Assembly: GCF_018350175.1 (NCBI RefSeq)
Contig: NC_058368.1
Location: 59,460,001 to 59,524,000 of the forward strand
Origin: Felis catus
Lineage: Eukaryota
Reading direction: 5' to 3'
DNA: 64,000 nt
Position 1 is the first letter of the stretch; each line of letters opens with the position of its first letter. This document shows, one piece after another, positions 12,836 to 27,499 of the stretch. The notes beneath the pieces are model-generated. The model did no database searches. It saw only the letters and a program-made list of their open reading frames with translations, and had not been told where the DNA came from. Both the position numbers and the translations under genes were made by a program.

Positions 12836-15800
12836 TCAGGATTCACATAAGAGTGAAAACATATGGTATCTGTCTTTCTCTGTATGACTTATTTCACTTA
12901 GCATAACACTCTCCAGTTCCATCCATGTTGCTACAAAAGGCCATATTTCATTCTTTCTCATTGCCAAGTAGTATTCCATTGTGTATATAAACCACAATTT
13001 CTTCATGCATTCATGAGTTGATGGACATTTAGGCTCTTACCATATTTTGGCTATTGTTGAAAGTGCTACTATAAACATTGGGGTACAAGTGCCCCTATGC
13101 ATCAGCACTCCTATATCCCTTGGGTAAATTCCTAGCAGTTCTACTGCTGGGTCATAGGGTAGGTCTATTTTTAATTTTTTGAGGAACCTCCACACTGTTT
13201 TCCAGAGTGGCTGCAACAGTTTGCATTCCCACCAACAGTGCAAGAGGGTTCCCATTCCTCCACATCCTCTCCAGCATTTATAGTCTCCTGATTCGTTCAT
13301 TTTAGCCACTCTGACTGGCGTGAGGTGGTATCTAAGTGTGGTTTTGATTTGTGTTTCCCTGATGAGGAGTGACGTTGAGCATCTTTGCATGTGCCTGTTG
13401 GCCACCTGGATGTCTTCTTTAGAGAAGTGTCTATTCATGTCTTCTGCCCATTTCTTTACTGGATTATTTGTTTTTAAGGTGTGGAGTTTGGTGAGTTCTT
13501 TATAGATTTTGGATACTAGCCCTTTGTCCGATATGTCATTTGCAAATATCTTTTCCCATTCCGTTGGTTGCCTTTTAGTTTTGTTGGTTGTTTCCTTTGC
13601 TGTGCAGAAGCTTTTTATCTTCATCAGGTCCCAATAGTTCATGTTTGCTTTTAATTCCCTTGCCTTTGGGGATGTGTCGAGTAAGAGATTGCTACGGCTG
13701 AGGTCAGAGAGGTCTTTTCCTGCTTTCTCCTCTAGGGTTTTGATGGTTTCCTGTCTCACATTCAGGTCGTTTATCCATTTTGAGTTTATTTTTGTGAATG
13801 GTGTAAGAAAGCGGTCCAGTTTCATTGTTCTGCATGTTGCTGTCCAGTTCTCCCAGCACCATTTGTTAAAGAGACCGTCTTTTTTCCATTGGATATTCTT
13901 TCCTGCTTTGTCAAAGATTAGTTGGCCATACTTTTGTGGGTCCAATTCTGGAGTCTCTATTCTATTCCATTGGTCTATGTGTCTGTTTTTGTGCCAATAC
14001 CATGCTGTCTTAATGATTACAACTTTGTAGTAGAGGCTAAATTCTGGGATTGTGATGCCTCCCACTTTGGTTGTCTTCTTCAATATTATTTTGGCTATTC
14101 AGGGTTTTTGTGGTTACATACAAATTTTAAGATTGCTTGTTCTAGCTTCAAGAAGAATGCTGGTGCAATTTTGATTGGTATTGCATTTGATGTGTAGATT
14201 GCTTTGGGTAATATTGACATTTTAACAATATTTATTCTTCTAGTCCATGAGCATGGGATGTTTTTCCATTTCTTTATATCTTCTTCAATTTCCTTCATAA
14301 GCTTTCTATAGTTTTCAGCATACAGATCTTTTACATCTTTGGTTAGGTTTCTTCCCAGGTATTTTATGATTCTTGGTGCAGTTGTGAATGGGATCAGTTT
14401 CTTCATTTGTCTTTATGTTGCTTCATTATTAGTGTTAGGACTGCAACTGATTTCTGTACATTGATTTTGTATCCTGTGACTTTGCTGAATTCACGTATCA
14501 GTTCTAGCAGACTTTTGGTGGAGTATATCGGATTTTTCATGTATAATGTCATGTCATCTGCAAAAAGTGAAAGCTTGACTTTATCTTTGCCAATTTTGAT
14601 GCCTTTGATTTCCTTTTGTTGTCTGATTGCTGATGCTAGAACTTCCAACATTATGGTAAACAACAGTGGTGAGAGTGGACACCCCTGTCGTGTTCCTGAT
14701 CTCAGGGAATAAGCTCTCAGTTTTTTTCCCATTGAGGATGATATTAGCTGTGGACTTTTCATAAATGGCTTTATGATGTTTACATATGTTCCTTCTATCC
14801 TGACTTCCTCAAGGGTTTTTATTAAGAAAGAATGCTGAATTTTGTCAAATGCTTTTTCTGCATCGATTGACAGGATTATATAGTAGTTTTCTTTTCTTTT
14901 GTTACTGTGACGTATCACACTGATTGATTTGTGAATGTTGAACCAGCCCTGCATCCCAGGAATGAATCCCACTTGATCATGGTGAATAATTCTTTTTATA
15001 TGCTGTTGAATTCGATTTGCTAGTATATTGTTGAGAATTTTTGCATCCATATTCATCAGGGATATTGGCCTGTAGTTCTGTTTTTTTACTGGGTCTCTGT
15101 CTGGTTTAGGAATCAAAGTAATGCTGGCTTCATAGAATGACTCTGGAAGTTTTCTTTCCTTTTCTATTTTTTAGGACAGCTTGAGAAGGATAGGTATTAC
15201 CTCTGCTTTAAATGTCTGGTAGAATTCCCCAGGGATGACATCTGGTCCTAGACTCTTATTTGTTGGGAGATTTTTGATAACTAATTCAATTTCCTCACTG
15301 GTTATGGGTCTCTTCAGTTTTTCTATTTCTGCCTGTTTGAGTTTTGTATTGTGTGGGTGCTTAGTAATTTGTCCATTTCGTCCAAGTTGTCTAGTTTGTT
15401 GGCATATAATTTTTCATAGTATTCCCTGATAATTGCTTGTATTTCTGAGGGATTGGTTGTAATAATTCCATTTTCATTCATGATTTTATCTATTTGGGTC
15501 CTCTCCCTTTTCTTTTTGAGAAGCCTGGCTAGAGGTTTATCAATTTTGTTTATCTTTTTAAAAAAAACAACTCGTGGTTTCATTGATCTGCTTTACAGGT
15601 TTTTTAGATTCTATATTGTGTATTTCTGCTCTGTTCTTTATTATTTCTCTTCTTCTGCTGGATTTGGGGTGTCTTTGCTGTTCTGCTTCTATTTCCTTTT
15701 AGGTGTGCTGTTAGATTTAGTCTTTGGGATTTTTCTTGTTTCTTGAGATAGGCTTGGATTGCAATGTATTTTCCTCTCAGGAGTGCCTTTGCTGCATCCC

Positions 15801-16653
15801 AAAATGTTTGGATTGTTGTATATTCATTTTCATTTGTTTCCATATAATTTTTAATTTTTTCTCTAATTGCCTGGTTGACCCATTCATTCTTTAGTAGGGT
15901 GTTCTTTATCCTCCATGCTTTTGGAGATTTTCCAGACTTTCCTGTGGTTGATTTCATGTTTCATAGCATTGTGGTCTGAAAGTGTGCATGGTATGATCTT
16001 AATTCTTATATACTTATGAAGGGCTGTTTTGTGACCTAGTATGTGATCTATCTTGGAGAATGTTCCATGTGCACTTGAGAAGAAAGTATGCTCTGTTGCT
16101 TTGGGATGCAGAGTTCTAAATATATCTGTCAAGTCCATCTGATCCACTGTATCATTCAGGGCCCTTGTTTCTTTATTGACCATGTGTCTAGATGATCTAT
16201 GCCTTTCTGTAAGTGGAGTGTTAAAGTCTCCTGCAATTACTCCATTCTTATCAATAAGGTTGCTTATGTTTGTGATTGTTTTATATATTTGGGGGCTCCT
16301 GTATTCGGCACATAGACATTTATAATTGTTAGTTCTTCCTGATGGATAGACCCTGTAATTATTATATAATGTTCTTCTTCATCTCTTGTTACAGCCTTTA
16401 ATTTAAAGTCTAGTTTTTATGATTTAGGTATAGCTACTCCAGCCTTCTTTTGATTTCCAGTAGCATGATAGATAGTTCTCCATCCCCTCACTTTCAATCT
16501 GAAGGTGTCCTCAGGTCTAAAATGAGTCTCTTGTAGACAGCAAATAGATGGGTCTTGTTTTTTGATCCATTCTTATACCTTATGTCTTTTGGGTGGAGCA
16601 TTTAGTCCATTTACATTCAGTGTTATTATTGAAAGATATGGGTTTAGAATCAT
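12836..16653 (-). pseudogene. L1 ORF2 (endonuclease/reverse transcriptase), frameshifted
   Basis: starts MILNPYLSIITLNVNGLN; pieces with [44 protein letters not shown] lie in different frames. Confidence 0.93.
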
Positions 16654-16721
16654 TGTGTTATCTGTAGATATCATGCTTGTAGTAGTGTCTCTGATACTTT
16701 GTGGTCCTTGCAACATTTCAC

Positions 16722-17611
16722 TCACAGAGTCCCCCTTAGGATCTCTTGTAGGGCTGGTTTAGTGGTGACGAATTCCTTCAGTTTTTATTTATTTGGGAAA
16801 ACCTTTATCTCTCCTTCTATTCTGAATGACAGATTTGCTGGATAAAGGATTCTTAGCTGCATATTTTTTCTGTTTTCACATTGAAGATTTCTTGCCATTC
16901 CTTTCTGGCCTCCCAAGTTTCAGTAGATAGGTCTGCTACTACCCTTATGTGTCTAGCTTTGTAAGTTAGGGCCTGTTTATCCCTAGCTGCTTTCAGAATT
17001 CTCTCTTTATCCTTGTATTTTGCCAGTTTCACTATGATGTGTCATGAAGAAGTTTGATTCAAGTTACATCTGAAGGGCGTTTTCTGTGCCATTTGGATTT
17101 TAATGCCTGTTTCCTTCCCCATGTTGGGGAAATTCTCAGCTCTGATTTGTTCAAATACACCTTCAGCCCATTTCTCTCTCTCTTCTTCTTCTGGAATTCC
17201 TATGATTCGGATATTGTTCCATTTGATTGCATAATTTAGTTCTCTAATTCTCCCCTCTTACTCCTGGGTTTTTTTAATCTTTTTCTCAGCTTCCTCTTTT
17301 TCCATAATTTTATCTTTTAGTTCACCTATTCTCCCCTCTTCCTCTTCATTCCACGCTGTAGCCACCTCTGTTTTATTTTGTACTTCATTCATAGCATTTT
17401 TTAATTCACCATGTCTATTTTTTAGTCCCTTGATCTCTGTAGCAATAGATTCTCTGTTGTTCTTTATGCTTTTTTCAAGCCCAGCGATTAATTTTATGAC
17501 TGCTATTCTAAATTCTTGTTCCATTATATTGTTTAAATCGTTTTTGATCAATTCGTTAGCCGTCTCTACTTCCTGGAGTTTCTTTTGAGGAGAATTCTTC
17601 CATTTCATCAT
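16722..17611 (-). pseudogene. L1 ORF1 (RNA-binding chaperone), disrupted
   Basis: MMKWKNSPQKK...EFRIAVIKLIAGLEKSI coiled-coil start; ends LRGTL* at 16722; premature stop at 17258. Confidence 0.88.
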
Positions 17612-18537
17612 TTTGGATAGTCCCTGCAGTGGCTCCATACTGCAGGGCCCTTCCCCTGTGCTGTGGGCAGTAACTTGTGTTGGTGGGCGTGGCCCTCAGT
17701 CAGACCCGATGTCTGCCCCCAGCCCATCGCTGTGGCCACAGTCAGACTGGTGTGTACCTTATCTTCCCCTCTGTCAGGGGCAGGACTCACTGTGGAGTGG
17801 TATGACCCCTGTCTGAGCTACTTGCACACTGCCAGGATTGTGGTGCTGCTTCAATGGGATCTGTCATAATAGTTGGGGTGGATCTTTAAAGTGTACAGGG
17901 TTGGAAGGGGCAGACTTAGTTTGCTTTTGTCCTCCGTGTTCCCCTGGGGAGAGGCCCTGTATCACTGGGAGGGAGGCAGACCCCTGGGAGGGATGAATCA
18001 ACAGAATCACATAGTTCGGGATATGCAAGGTGCAAGCAAGTTCGGTGATGGAAACTGGTTCCTTTTGGAATTCTGGCTGGGGGATGGGAGAGGGAGATGG
18101 TGCTTGCCAGTGCCTTTGTTCCCTTGCCGAGCTGAGCTCTGTCTTCTGGGGCTCAACAACTCTCCCTCCCGGCGTCCTTTCACCCTCCCCACTCTCTGAG
18201 AGCAGAGCTGTTGATTTTTAACATCCCAGATGTTAAGTTCTGCTGGCTGTCAGAACTCACGCAGTCTAGCCCCTCCGCTTTTGCAAGCCAGACTTCGGGG
18301 GCTCTGTCTTGCCAGGCGGGCTGCCCCTCCTGGGGAGGGCCCCAGCTCCCTCCCGCCAGTCTGTGTAGCATGCACCGCCTCTCCGCCCTTCCTACCCTCT
18401 TCCGTGGGCCTCTTGTCTACGCTTGGCTCCTGAGAGTCCATTCTACTAGTCTTCTGATGGTATTCTAGGTTATTTAGGCAGATGTGGGTGGAATCTAAGT
18501 GATCAGCAGGATGAGGTGAGCCCAGTGTCCTCCTACA

Positions 18538-18548
18538 CCGCCATCTTC
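18538..18548 (-). promoter_or_regulatory. YY1-type site at the L1-B 5' end (internal promoter)
   Basis: aagatggcgg on minus strand at the canonical L1 position. Confidence 0.6.
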
Positions 18549-21540
18549 CTGTACACTCTCTACTCGCTTTTTTTAATGGAGACCCTAATAGTATAGTAGA
18601 GAGCATATACACTGAATCCATATACATTTATGTTCTTTAAAACTGTAATAGCATGGAAGATTCTCTATTTTCTTACATTCACATCAATCCCCATAAGAGG
18701 ATTCTGAATATTTCTTCCCTGTGTCCAGTTCCCTTGGATGAATCTCTATTCATGCAGGGACATTATGTATTGGCCAGCTTCTGTTAACTGCCAATCACTG
18801 AGTCAACAAGGTGGGACATTTGTTAACATATTTTTCAGAAGAATTTTGTGTATATAGGTTCATTTTTCCAGAAACTTTCAAGTGAAAAAAATGTAGACAA
18901 CCATAGAAATAGCAGATGCTGTTCATAAATATAAAGAAGACACAAGTATGTGCACCAGGGAAATCATTACACTTAAACCTAAGAATTAACCAGGAAAATA
19001 ACAAGTTTGAGTTAGAGCAGTGGTGATAGCACTAAAGAATAAAACAGTAAGGGAAGTAGTAGTCCTAAGTGGATATTGCTGCAATTTAAAATTAGAGGAC
19101 AGAAAGTTAATTGAGGATGGAATAAAATAGGAACTAAAAAGCCTTGTTCTTTGTTATTTGACTGAATAAGTTTCTAAATATCTAATTTTGCTTAAATTGC
19201 AGTCATAAATATTTCAACTTCAAATGGTGGTTTTTTGAAACAATGGAGACTGAAGAGAAGTATAGCATGGATGTGATAGATATGAAACATTTGTGAGACT
19301 CCTTTCCAAAAAATCACTAGTAAGAGATATGACCAACCATTTGGCTCATTTCAATTTAACTGAATTAGGTCTCTGTAATCTTGTAATTCCAAAAAGATAG
19401 TTGTATCTATCCAAGTTATTTTTTGGCAATAACACTTTCCAATATAAAGTTGTTACTGACAACTACATATTTTTTATTTGATCTCTAATTTCTTAAGGTT
19501 GGAAAACATTTTTATCATGTCATTCAAAAACAATTGCATACACCATGGAGAGTAAACTCTAAATGAAATGGCATGACCTACTAGCCCTATCAAAAATCTA
19601 CTATCTTAGACTGACATTAGTGACAGTCCCCATTTAACTAGGTCAGTTACTAAAAGCAAAATAAAGTGGAAACAAAAATTGTTCAATTTTTTAATGTCAA
19701 TTGAAATGTTGAGTTTGATTGGCAGAAGCAACAGATTCAAGATAGTTCAGTAAATGGAATTGTCTAACATGACCCTGAGGGCTCACTCTAGGTTACCTGG
19801 GAAATGAGCTACCTGGTACTGGAGGAATCTTTCTGCCCTTCCTCCAGAAGGGAGTGCACTTAAGATAATATTCCCATTGGATTTTTTTTAACCCCACACT
19901 GAGACTCTAACATCCTTTTGCCCAAGTCCTCAGGAACAGAGTAGCTAGCATTCCCTGACAACTCTCAAACAATTGACACCCATAGTTAGACTGCTTGGTG
20001 TCAAGCAGCCCGATTTTTACGCGACTTATCAAAGCTGCTTTCATGCTTTGCCATACAGGGGAGCAATATGGTGGTGTTAGTAGTTCTTGCACTAGAATAT
20101 AGAATCATACTGGGAGTCTACTTTTACCCTGGCTCCAAGATGTGGGATGATAAGAGAATAAGGGAACCTGTGCCCTAACACCTCTTTTTTCTGACCCTCA
20201 ATTTGTGAGTTTACTTTCCTCAGTGAAACCTGTTGCTTAACCCTTGCCGTTTTGCAATTGAAGTTCATCCCAAACCTCAGTTTATAAACAAATGAAGACT
20301 CATACAGAGAATAAAAAACTCAGATAGTACATATCTAACATATAATTAAATATATATGTAGTGCCATGGCCCTTGACCTCTTCATTTGGGTTTGAAAATG
20401 ACACCAGTAAAGAGTAAGTGATTTATAAATATTGAATTGGAATGATTTTTCTATAAACACACATACACACATACACACTCACTCACATACACACATACCC
20501 ACAAGGTAGATGACTATAGTTTGATGCATGTGCAAGGCACTTTGGGATATTTTCTTGAACTCAACGTAGTATGGATCCATGATAAAAATATATAAGTCAC
20601 AATATTAGATTATAGACAAGCAGCTTTAAAAAATTAGATTTTCCCTACAGTTACTTAGTTTTCTAACTTACTCTGGCATATTTCTTTCTTTCTTCTTCTT
20701 TTTTTCTTTCTAACTTTCCTTCTTGCTGTGACACAGACACAAGAGACAACAGATAACAGAAACAGATATAGGGACCAATAAGTGATAAAAAATAAATAGC
20801 TTCACAGGAATACATTGATGGAAAAATAGAAGTTTGTTATTTTGACCTTTTTAGATACTCTTGGTTCAGACTTTAAAGAAGATTAAGTAAGAATATATAT
20901 CTGTTTCTCTCTCTTTCTCCATCTATTCATCTCCTGTATTATAAATACACATACATACATAAACATTCACACATATATATGATTTAAAACCAACAGCCTG
21001 CAAATATAGTGAAAATCATTGGCTTTGCAACCAATGAAGGCAGATGAACAAGGTTGGATCGCCTTCAAAACTACATTCTCAGAAAATTATTGTTTTGTAT
21101 GTGGTAGTTCCCTGAAAGATCCCAGTTTCATATCCCATTTATTTGCTCTGACTTGGAAGTCATCCAGGACAAAAGCTGTTTTTCCAGAAGCATTTATAAA
21201 AAATTGTTTAAGGTATTTGTTTAACTTTGCAGCTTCCTAAGGTTGTAGATAATGCTGTTGGAGGAAATAGCAAGCCAATGAAAAAGCTTAAAACCAAAAT
21301 CTAAGGGGTTTGATATCTATGTGGGCTTTGAAAGAATCTGATATATTTTCTGGGAACCTAGAAGTCCATATGCGTGCATATAATTTTGTGCATACCCAAG
21401 GCCCTGAACAAGCTTAAGAAACACCTGAGAAAGCCCTAAAGTCTCAGCTCTGCTTGACCTTGAATCCCAATGCATGCAGGAAGAGAAGAGTAGGCAGAAT
21501 TATCAATCAACTAGTTGAGTGTTGAAGACATGCCCTAAAA

Positions 21541-21544
21541 GAAA

Positions 21545-21587
<43 letters not shown>

Positions 21588-21602
21588 GAAGAAAGAAAGA
21601 AA
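21541..21602. repeat. (GAAA)n tetranucleotide repeat
   Basis: read directly. Confidence 0.95.
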
Positions 21603-22504
21603 ACAACAACAACAAAACCACTTTGGCACAGAGTAAAGAGATCTATCGTTTGCACATGTTTAACAAACTTTCTGCCCAGTAGTGACCTGACCACCAGGCT
21701 ACTAAGCATAGATTTCAGTGGGCCCATAAGATAAAGAATGTAGACTTTGCAGAATTAGTTGATAAAAATCACTAAACAATCAATCAATATTGTTAGGGTA
21801 ATTAAAGGAGACCTTAAAAAAGAAAATGGAAAGGCATTCCATATTAATGATTTAGAAGTTTTAATATTGTTAAATGGTGAAATTTCCCTAATTGAGCTAT
21901 ATATTCATTGTAATCCATATCAAAATCCCAGATGTCTTTTTCATAGAAATTCACAAACTAAAATTCATAAGGAAATGCAAAGGACCCCAAAAGACAAATC
22001 AATCTTAAAAAAGATGAAATTGAAGAACTCAGATATCCTAATTTAAAATATTACCATAGACCTACAATAATCAATAAAGTGTATTTCTGGTATAAGGATA
22101 GACAGATTAATGGAAGAGAACATGGAGTCCAGAATAAACTCTGGATATTTATGAAAAATTAATTTTTTACAGGGATGGCAAGAACAATTCAATAGGGAAA
22201 AGAGTTCCTTCAAGAAATCATTTGGGACAATTGGATATCCCCAAAGAATGAATTGGGACTACTATTTCATACTTCATATAAAAATTAACTCAATGCATCA
22301 AAGGCCTAAATGTAAGTGCTAAAATTAAAAAAAAAAAGTCTTTAAAGAAAACATAAAGGTCCATCTTCATGACTTTGGATATGCAGTAGAATCTTAGATG
22401 TGACACATAAGGCAGGGGCCACAAAAGAAATGCAGATAAACTGGACCTCGTCAACATGAAAACCTTATGCTTCAAAGGACACTATCAAGAAAGTGAAAAT
22501 TCAG

Positions 22505-22727
22505 GGGGCGCCTGGGTGGCTTAGTCGGTTGAGCGTCCGACTTCAGCTCAGGTCACGATCTCACGGTTCGTGAGTTCGAGCCCCGCGTCAGGCTCTGGGC
22601 TGATGGCTCAGAGCCTGGAGCCTGCTTCCGATTCTGTGTCTCCCTCTCTCTCTGCCCCTCCCCCATTCATGCTCTGTCTCTCTCTGTCTCAAAAATAAAT
22701 AAACATGAAAAAAAATTAAAAAAAAAA
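22505..22727 (+). mobile_element. feline Can-SINE inserted in old L1
   Basis: perfect 18-bp TSD aagaaagtgaaaattcag at 22487-22504 and 22728-22745. Confidence 0.98.
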
Positions 22728-23679
22728 AAGAAAGTGAAAATTCAGTACCACTTCACAGCCATTGAGGTGGCTACTAGAAAACATATGGTAAAACAAGTGT
22801 AAGGAAAATGTAGAGAAAGGAAAACCCTCCATTTATTTTTGGTTGTAATGTTTTTGGTACAGTTATTTGGAAAACAATTTGGCATTTCTACAGAAACTTA
22901 AATATAGAGTTACCATATGATCCAGCAAATTTACTGCTAGGTCTACTGACCCCTCCAACTGAAATTATATGACTATGTGAAAATTTGTATTTGAATGTTT
23001 GTAGCAGCATTGTTCATAATAAACAGGTGAAGCATCCCAAATCCTCATCAGCTGATGAATAAACAAAAGGAATAAAATATGAATACATGCTGCAACATGA
23101 ACGTACCTTGAAAATATGCAGCGTGAAGGAAGCAAGACACAAAAGGCCACATATGGTATGATTTCATTTATATTAAGTGTCCAGAATCCTTGTAGATAGA
23201 AAGTAGATTTATTTTGCCTATATCTGGGGGGAATGGTGAGTAGGCAGTTGATTGAAAATGAGTATGGGGTTTCTTTTGGAGATGAAATATTCTGAAATTA
23301 GACGATGGTGAAACATCAGTTTAAAAAACACACTGAACTTTACACTTTAAAATAGTGAAGTTTGTAAGTGAATTATGTGTCATTTAAAAAATAAATGAAT
23401 ACTGGCATCAGAAAGACTGGCTCAGACATTCAACATTATGTGTGATATTAGCCACTATGTATCCTACCTGAAACTAAAAATTCTACATCTGCAATGTATC
23501 AGGACATTCCTTATAATACTATTGTTAGGAATGTATGCCTCTTACCATATAGTAATTACAAAATTTAATGTAATACAATAATTATGAAATTTACAGAGCC
23601 ATTTTAATGTATTCCACCCTTTCCATATCGGCATTACAATCATTAACTAATGTTATACTACAATTATCTACTGAGGAAT

Positions 23680-23815
23680 GTGCTGTTATTAACCTCACTT
23701 AATGGATAGTAAAATGAGGGGTGGAGATTTTAAGAAAATAGCCCAAGTTGACTCATGTGAATGGAAGAGTAAGGTGTAAACTCAAGAAGCCAAACCCTAG
23801 TGCAAAAGCCCTCAT
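23680..23815 (-). mobile_element. MIR remnant
   Basis: tgttattaacctcacttaatggatagtaaaatgagg...gcccaagttgactca resembles the MIR core. Confidence 0.5.
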
Positions 23816-24194
23816 TGCCACAATATTTATCCCATGCAAGGAGAGGATACGGGTTTGTACATATGTCTGAATGTATGTATGTTATATATTGACACCATTC
23901 CTAGAAAGAGACCAGATCAGCAATATTTCTGTACCTCTGTCCCCTGAGAGAGTTCTGATGCAGAAAATACAATAATCAGGTTGATAAGACAGAGTTAAAA
24001 AAAAAAAAAAAAAGGAGATCCAAAAAAAAAAAAAAAAAGCCATGTCAACTGCCATTTCATGAATTGAAGGGTGAAAACATTGGCGGAAGTCCAACTTCAG
24101 AAAAGAATCAACGATTGGATAAGGAGAAGCATAGACTAGAGTGTTACAGCAACTTGCTGATCCATGCATACCTCTCTATTTTTTTGTACAGGAA

Positions 24195-24430
24195 TGCACA
24201 GTATTTATAATATCAGATTCTGAAACCATTATCCTGGGGTTAATTCCTGGCCTTACCCATTTCTAAGCCTTCTGAATGAATTACTTAATACCCTCCTGCT
24301 GCTCACTTCAATTCTTCATCTTTAAATTGTGATAATAATAATACTACCACAAAAAAGCAATATGGGTATTAAGTTAAAGCATCTAATATTGATAATACTA
24401 TTTCTAGCATATTATAAGGGTTCTATAATT
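24195..24430 (+). mobile_element. MIR remnant
   Basis: cctggggttaattcctggcc...ttacttaata...ttcttcatctttaaattgtgataataataatactacc. Confidence 0.6.
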
Positions 24431-25649
24431 ATTAAACATAAGGCTAAAGTATTTTAATAAATAAAGGCCTCCCTATTTTCAGGGGGAGGGCTCTATTAAC
24501 TGTTTCTCTTTTAATTATGGTGAATCTCTCCACTCACACAAAGGTCTAGAAAAGTCCTTCATTGTGAAATTATATTAGGGTATTGTAAAACACATTTCAA
24601 CGTGTATATTGAATGCTTCTGCATTCTGTTATGTTGTATGCATGAGAGAATAATATTTTCCATTAAATTTTTTTTTAACAATTCCCAGGTTTATTAGCAT
24701 CATTGTGTACTAAAGAAAGTGTGACGTTCACACTTAACCTCTCTTTAATATTTCAAATAATGAAAAGGAAACCACTTTTGGATTTTTACTCCTCAATTTG
24801 TTACATCTTTCTTATTGTATTTATATTTAAAATGTACTGGGGATATTGTTCAATAAGACATCCCTTATTCTACACATTTGCCAAATTATGTCACAGTATT
24901 CTTGTTAATGGTTGTTGAAGACTATCTATCTGCTATTAAAATACATTGGGAGCAAAAATTTTTAAAAAGATATTTAATGATATTTATTTTTTATAGCTCC
25001 CTACAATCATTAAAATGTACGCTTATTTACTACTTTTAGCAACATAGAAAATGACTGCTTAAACATGACAGATTTGTAAATGATAGCCATCTGTAAAAAT
25101 AGGTATATTGATATTATCTTTCATGTGACATAATCATAGTATGCCACAATAACATCAAATTAGGAAATATACTGTATTTGATGTTTAATAAAAGTGCTAT
25201 GAGTAAACATAGGTAATTAAAATTGATTAATATCTTTTTTACTCTATTTGTTATTTAAAGTTATAACAATTAAATTATTAAATAGAAGCTCAATGAAAAA
25301 CAATATAAGAATGAAATGTTTTCAATGGAGAGAAGAAAAACATAAACTTCTGGCATGCCAATAAATAAATTGAACTGATGAAAGAAAATTCTTAAGAAAT
25401 GGAGTACTATCTTTGCAACTATGTTTATCATTTTTTTAAAGATCAATTAAATATTATCTCTAGAAATGGTAATCACTATGATTAGAGAAGTTGTGAAGAC
25501 TAAAATAAGCACAGAAGTTCTTGAACTTGAATTTCATTAGTAAGCTGAAAAGCATTATTTCATATACTGGAGCAGCTATCGTCTTTCTTAATTATAAAGC
25601 AATGAAATCTAAATCTTTTAGAAAAAGCCATTTTTAATAAATCAAACAG

Positions 25650-25785
25650 CTAAACTTTTTAAGTCTCAGTTTCCAAATCTTTAAATTAGTGATAATAATA
25701 CTTCTCTTTCAGGGTTCTAAAAATTGCTAAAAATAAATTCAAAGCACATGGCAAAGAGTAGGCATGAAATGGGCAATTAAAAAAT
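25650..25785 (+). mobile_element. MIR remnant
   Basis: aagtctcagtttccaaatctttaaattagtgataataatact. Confidence 0.55.
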
Positions 25786-25789
25786 ACCT

Positions 25790-25970
25790 AAACTGGAAGG
25801 GATTTGGGTGGGAGGGTTGGGCTAAATGGGTGATGGGCATTAAGGAGAGCACTTGTTGGGATGAGCACTTAGTGTTACATGTAAGCAATGAATCACTGGG
25901 TTCTACTCCTGAAACCAATACTAACTGTATGTAAAATAACTTGAATTTAAATAAGTAAAGTAAAAAAAAA
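25790..25970 (+). mobile_element. very short carnivore L1 3'UTR insertion
   Basis: gggtgatgggcattaaggagagcacttgttgggatgagcac...gaatcactgggttctactcctgaaacc plus A tail. Confidence 0.88.
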
Positions 25971-26121
25971 TCTATACCATAATAATATCTAGAACAGCTT
26001 AAAGCATTTATTTTACACCTCAATTTTATATGTGCATACATATACTTACATACATATTTAAAATTACATATATAATTTGATAAGATACTAAATACATACA
26101 AATAAAACAAATGTCTTGCTT

Positions 26122-26327
26122 TTAAAAAAAATATTTATTTTTGAGGGCAAGAGACAGAGCATGAGCAGGGGAGGGGCACAGAGAGAGGGAGATACAGAAT
26201 CCCAAGCAGGCTCCAGTCTCCAAGCTGTCAGCGCATAGTCTGATGCAGGGGCTCGGACCCATGGACGGTGAGATCATAACCTGAGCCAAAGTCAGAAGCT
26301 CAACCGAGTGAACCACGCAGGTGCCTC
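26122..26327 (-). mobile_element. Can-SINE
   Basis: TSD acaaatgtc(t/c)tgctt at 26107-26121 and 26328-26342. Confidence 0.95.
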
Positions 26328-27499
26328 ACAAATGTCCTGCTTGAAACTGAGACATTTAAATGCACATTCAATTTAATTTTAATTGGACTATAATGTTTAA
26401 TTCTACATTGATAAGATACAGAATAAAAGAATTTAAGTATCATTTCATTTTTTTCCCCAGACATTTATAAGGTAAAAATATTTGTGTGGACCCAGAATTA
26501 AAGTTAGGTAGGTGAATGTTTTATAATCATCTTTCACATTCAGATAGAAAAAGTGAGAATGTGTGCAATAATGCAAAATTTGTTTCTTTTAGATAAAAAA
26601 GATTAACCTTGTTGCAAAAGTTACTTTACATGCATTCTCCAATGTGATTCTTTCAGTTCTGTATTAAAAATAAATAAATAAAATAGATAAATAAATCAAT
26701 CAATACTATTTATGAGCCACAATTGAAGTTAGCCAATAAGAAAATTGCATGAAGTGACCTGACAGCAGCCTGCATTTTATGACTATCTGGGAAATTTACA
26801 AAGTTAATTAAGAAAAAATTAGGGGGGAAAAAGAATAAAACATGAATTTAAGTTGTTGATACTAATACAGAACCAAAAAAACAACATGGGACAATAAAAT
26901 GCCACTCATTCATGAAGGTTAATGAGGACTAACCACTGAAAAGAACTTAAGAACATGAATATAATTTAATCACAATTCTTATTGAAGTTATCCATGGGAG
27001 ATCTGCCCTACAAACAGGGCACAACAAAGTCATTACATTAAATGAAGCTTAAATAAGCTTAAAGGAGCTTAGCTAGATTCATAGCTATTATGATCTAGTA
27101 TGTATGTTGGTCAACTATTTTGTGCTTATATCAGAATGAACCCTAAATGGGAAGGGGGGACTTTTGGGGATAATGTCTAAGGCAGTTCAGGAGCTTCATA
27201 ATATCCTAAGGACAATATAAGACTAAAAATAAACTGCTTTATGTTTCACTGTTTCCTTCCTCACTGTGGGAGAGGAAACTAAACTTTGTATTTCTATGTT
27301 ACTTCAGCTATGCATGATTATCTGGAATGTCAGCCACCACTTTGGCAAAATGTTTATGAAAAGAGCACAGGTTATTTATAAATCAACATTTTTCACAAAA
27401 TATTTGAAAAATGAAAATGGGAACATAATGATTGGCAATGTGAGCACCTTTTTTATTTTTAATTTATGAGAGATAAGACATGCCTTAGGCAATTTTATA

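Larger units (their letters stand above)
12617..18558 (-). mobile_element. full-length (~5.9 kb) inactivated felid LINE-1 (L1-B)
   Basis: 5' end caggaagatggcggtgtaggagg on minus, 5'UTR, ORF1, ORF2, 3'UTR with aataaa; TSD tct(g/a)ctcgcttttttt at 12601-12616 and 18559-18574. Confidence 0.97.
21250..23398 (+). mobile_element. old internally deleted L1 (L1MB-like): probable 5'UTR piece, ORF2 3' part and 3'UTR
   Basis: decayed ORF2 at 21780-22950 and 3'UTR ending actgaactttacactttaaaatagtgaag...aaaaaataaa; 5' part less certain. Confidence 0.75.

Noticed and set aside
13037..14083. 348-aa ORF
   Set aside because: C-terminal piece of frameshifted L1-B ORF2, not an independent gene.
19870..20100. 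unexplained stretch with a few CpGs and more balanced composition
   Set aside because: No splice sites, meaningful ORF or repeat family could be assigned; needs a conservation track.
26440..26480. possible 11-nt microexon (ttttccccag|acatttataag|gtaaaa)
   Set aside because: Not frame-preserving, weak donor, expected by chance.
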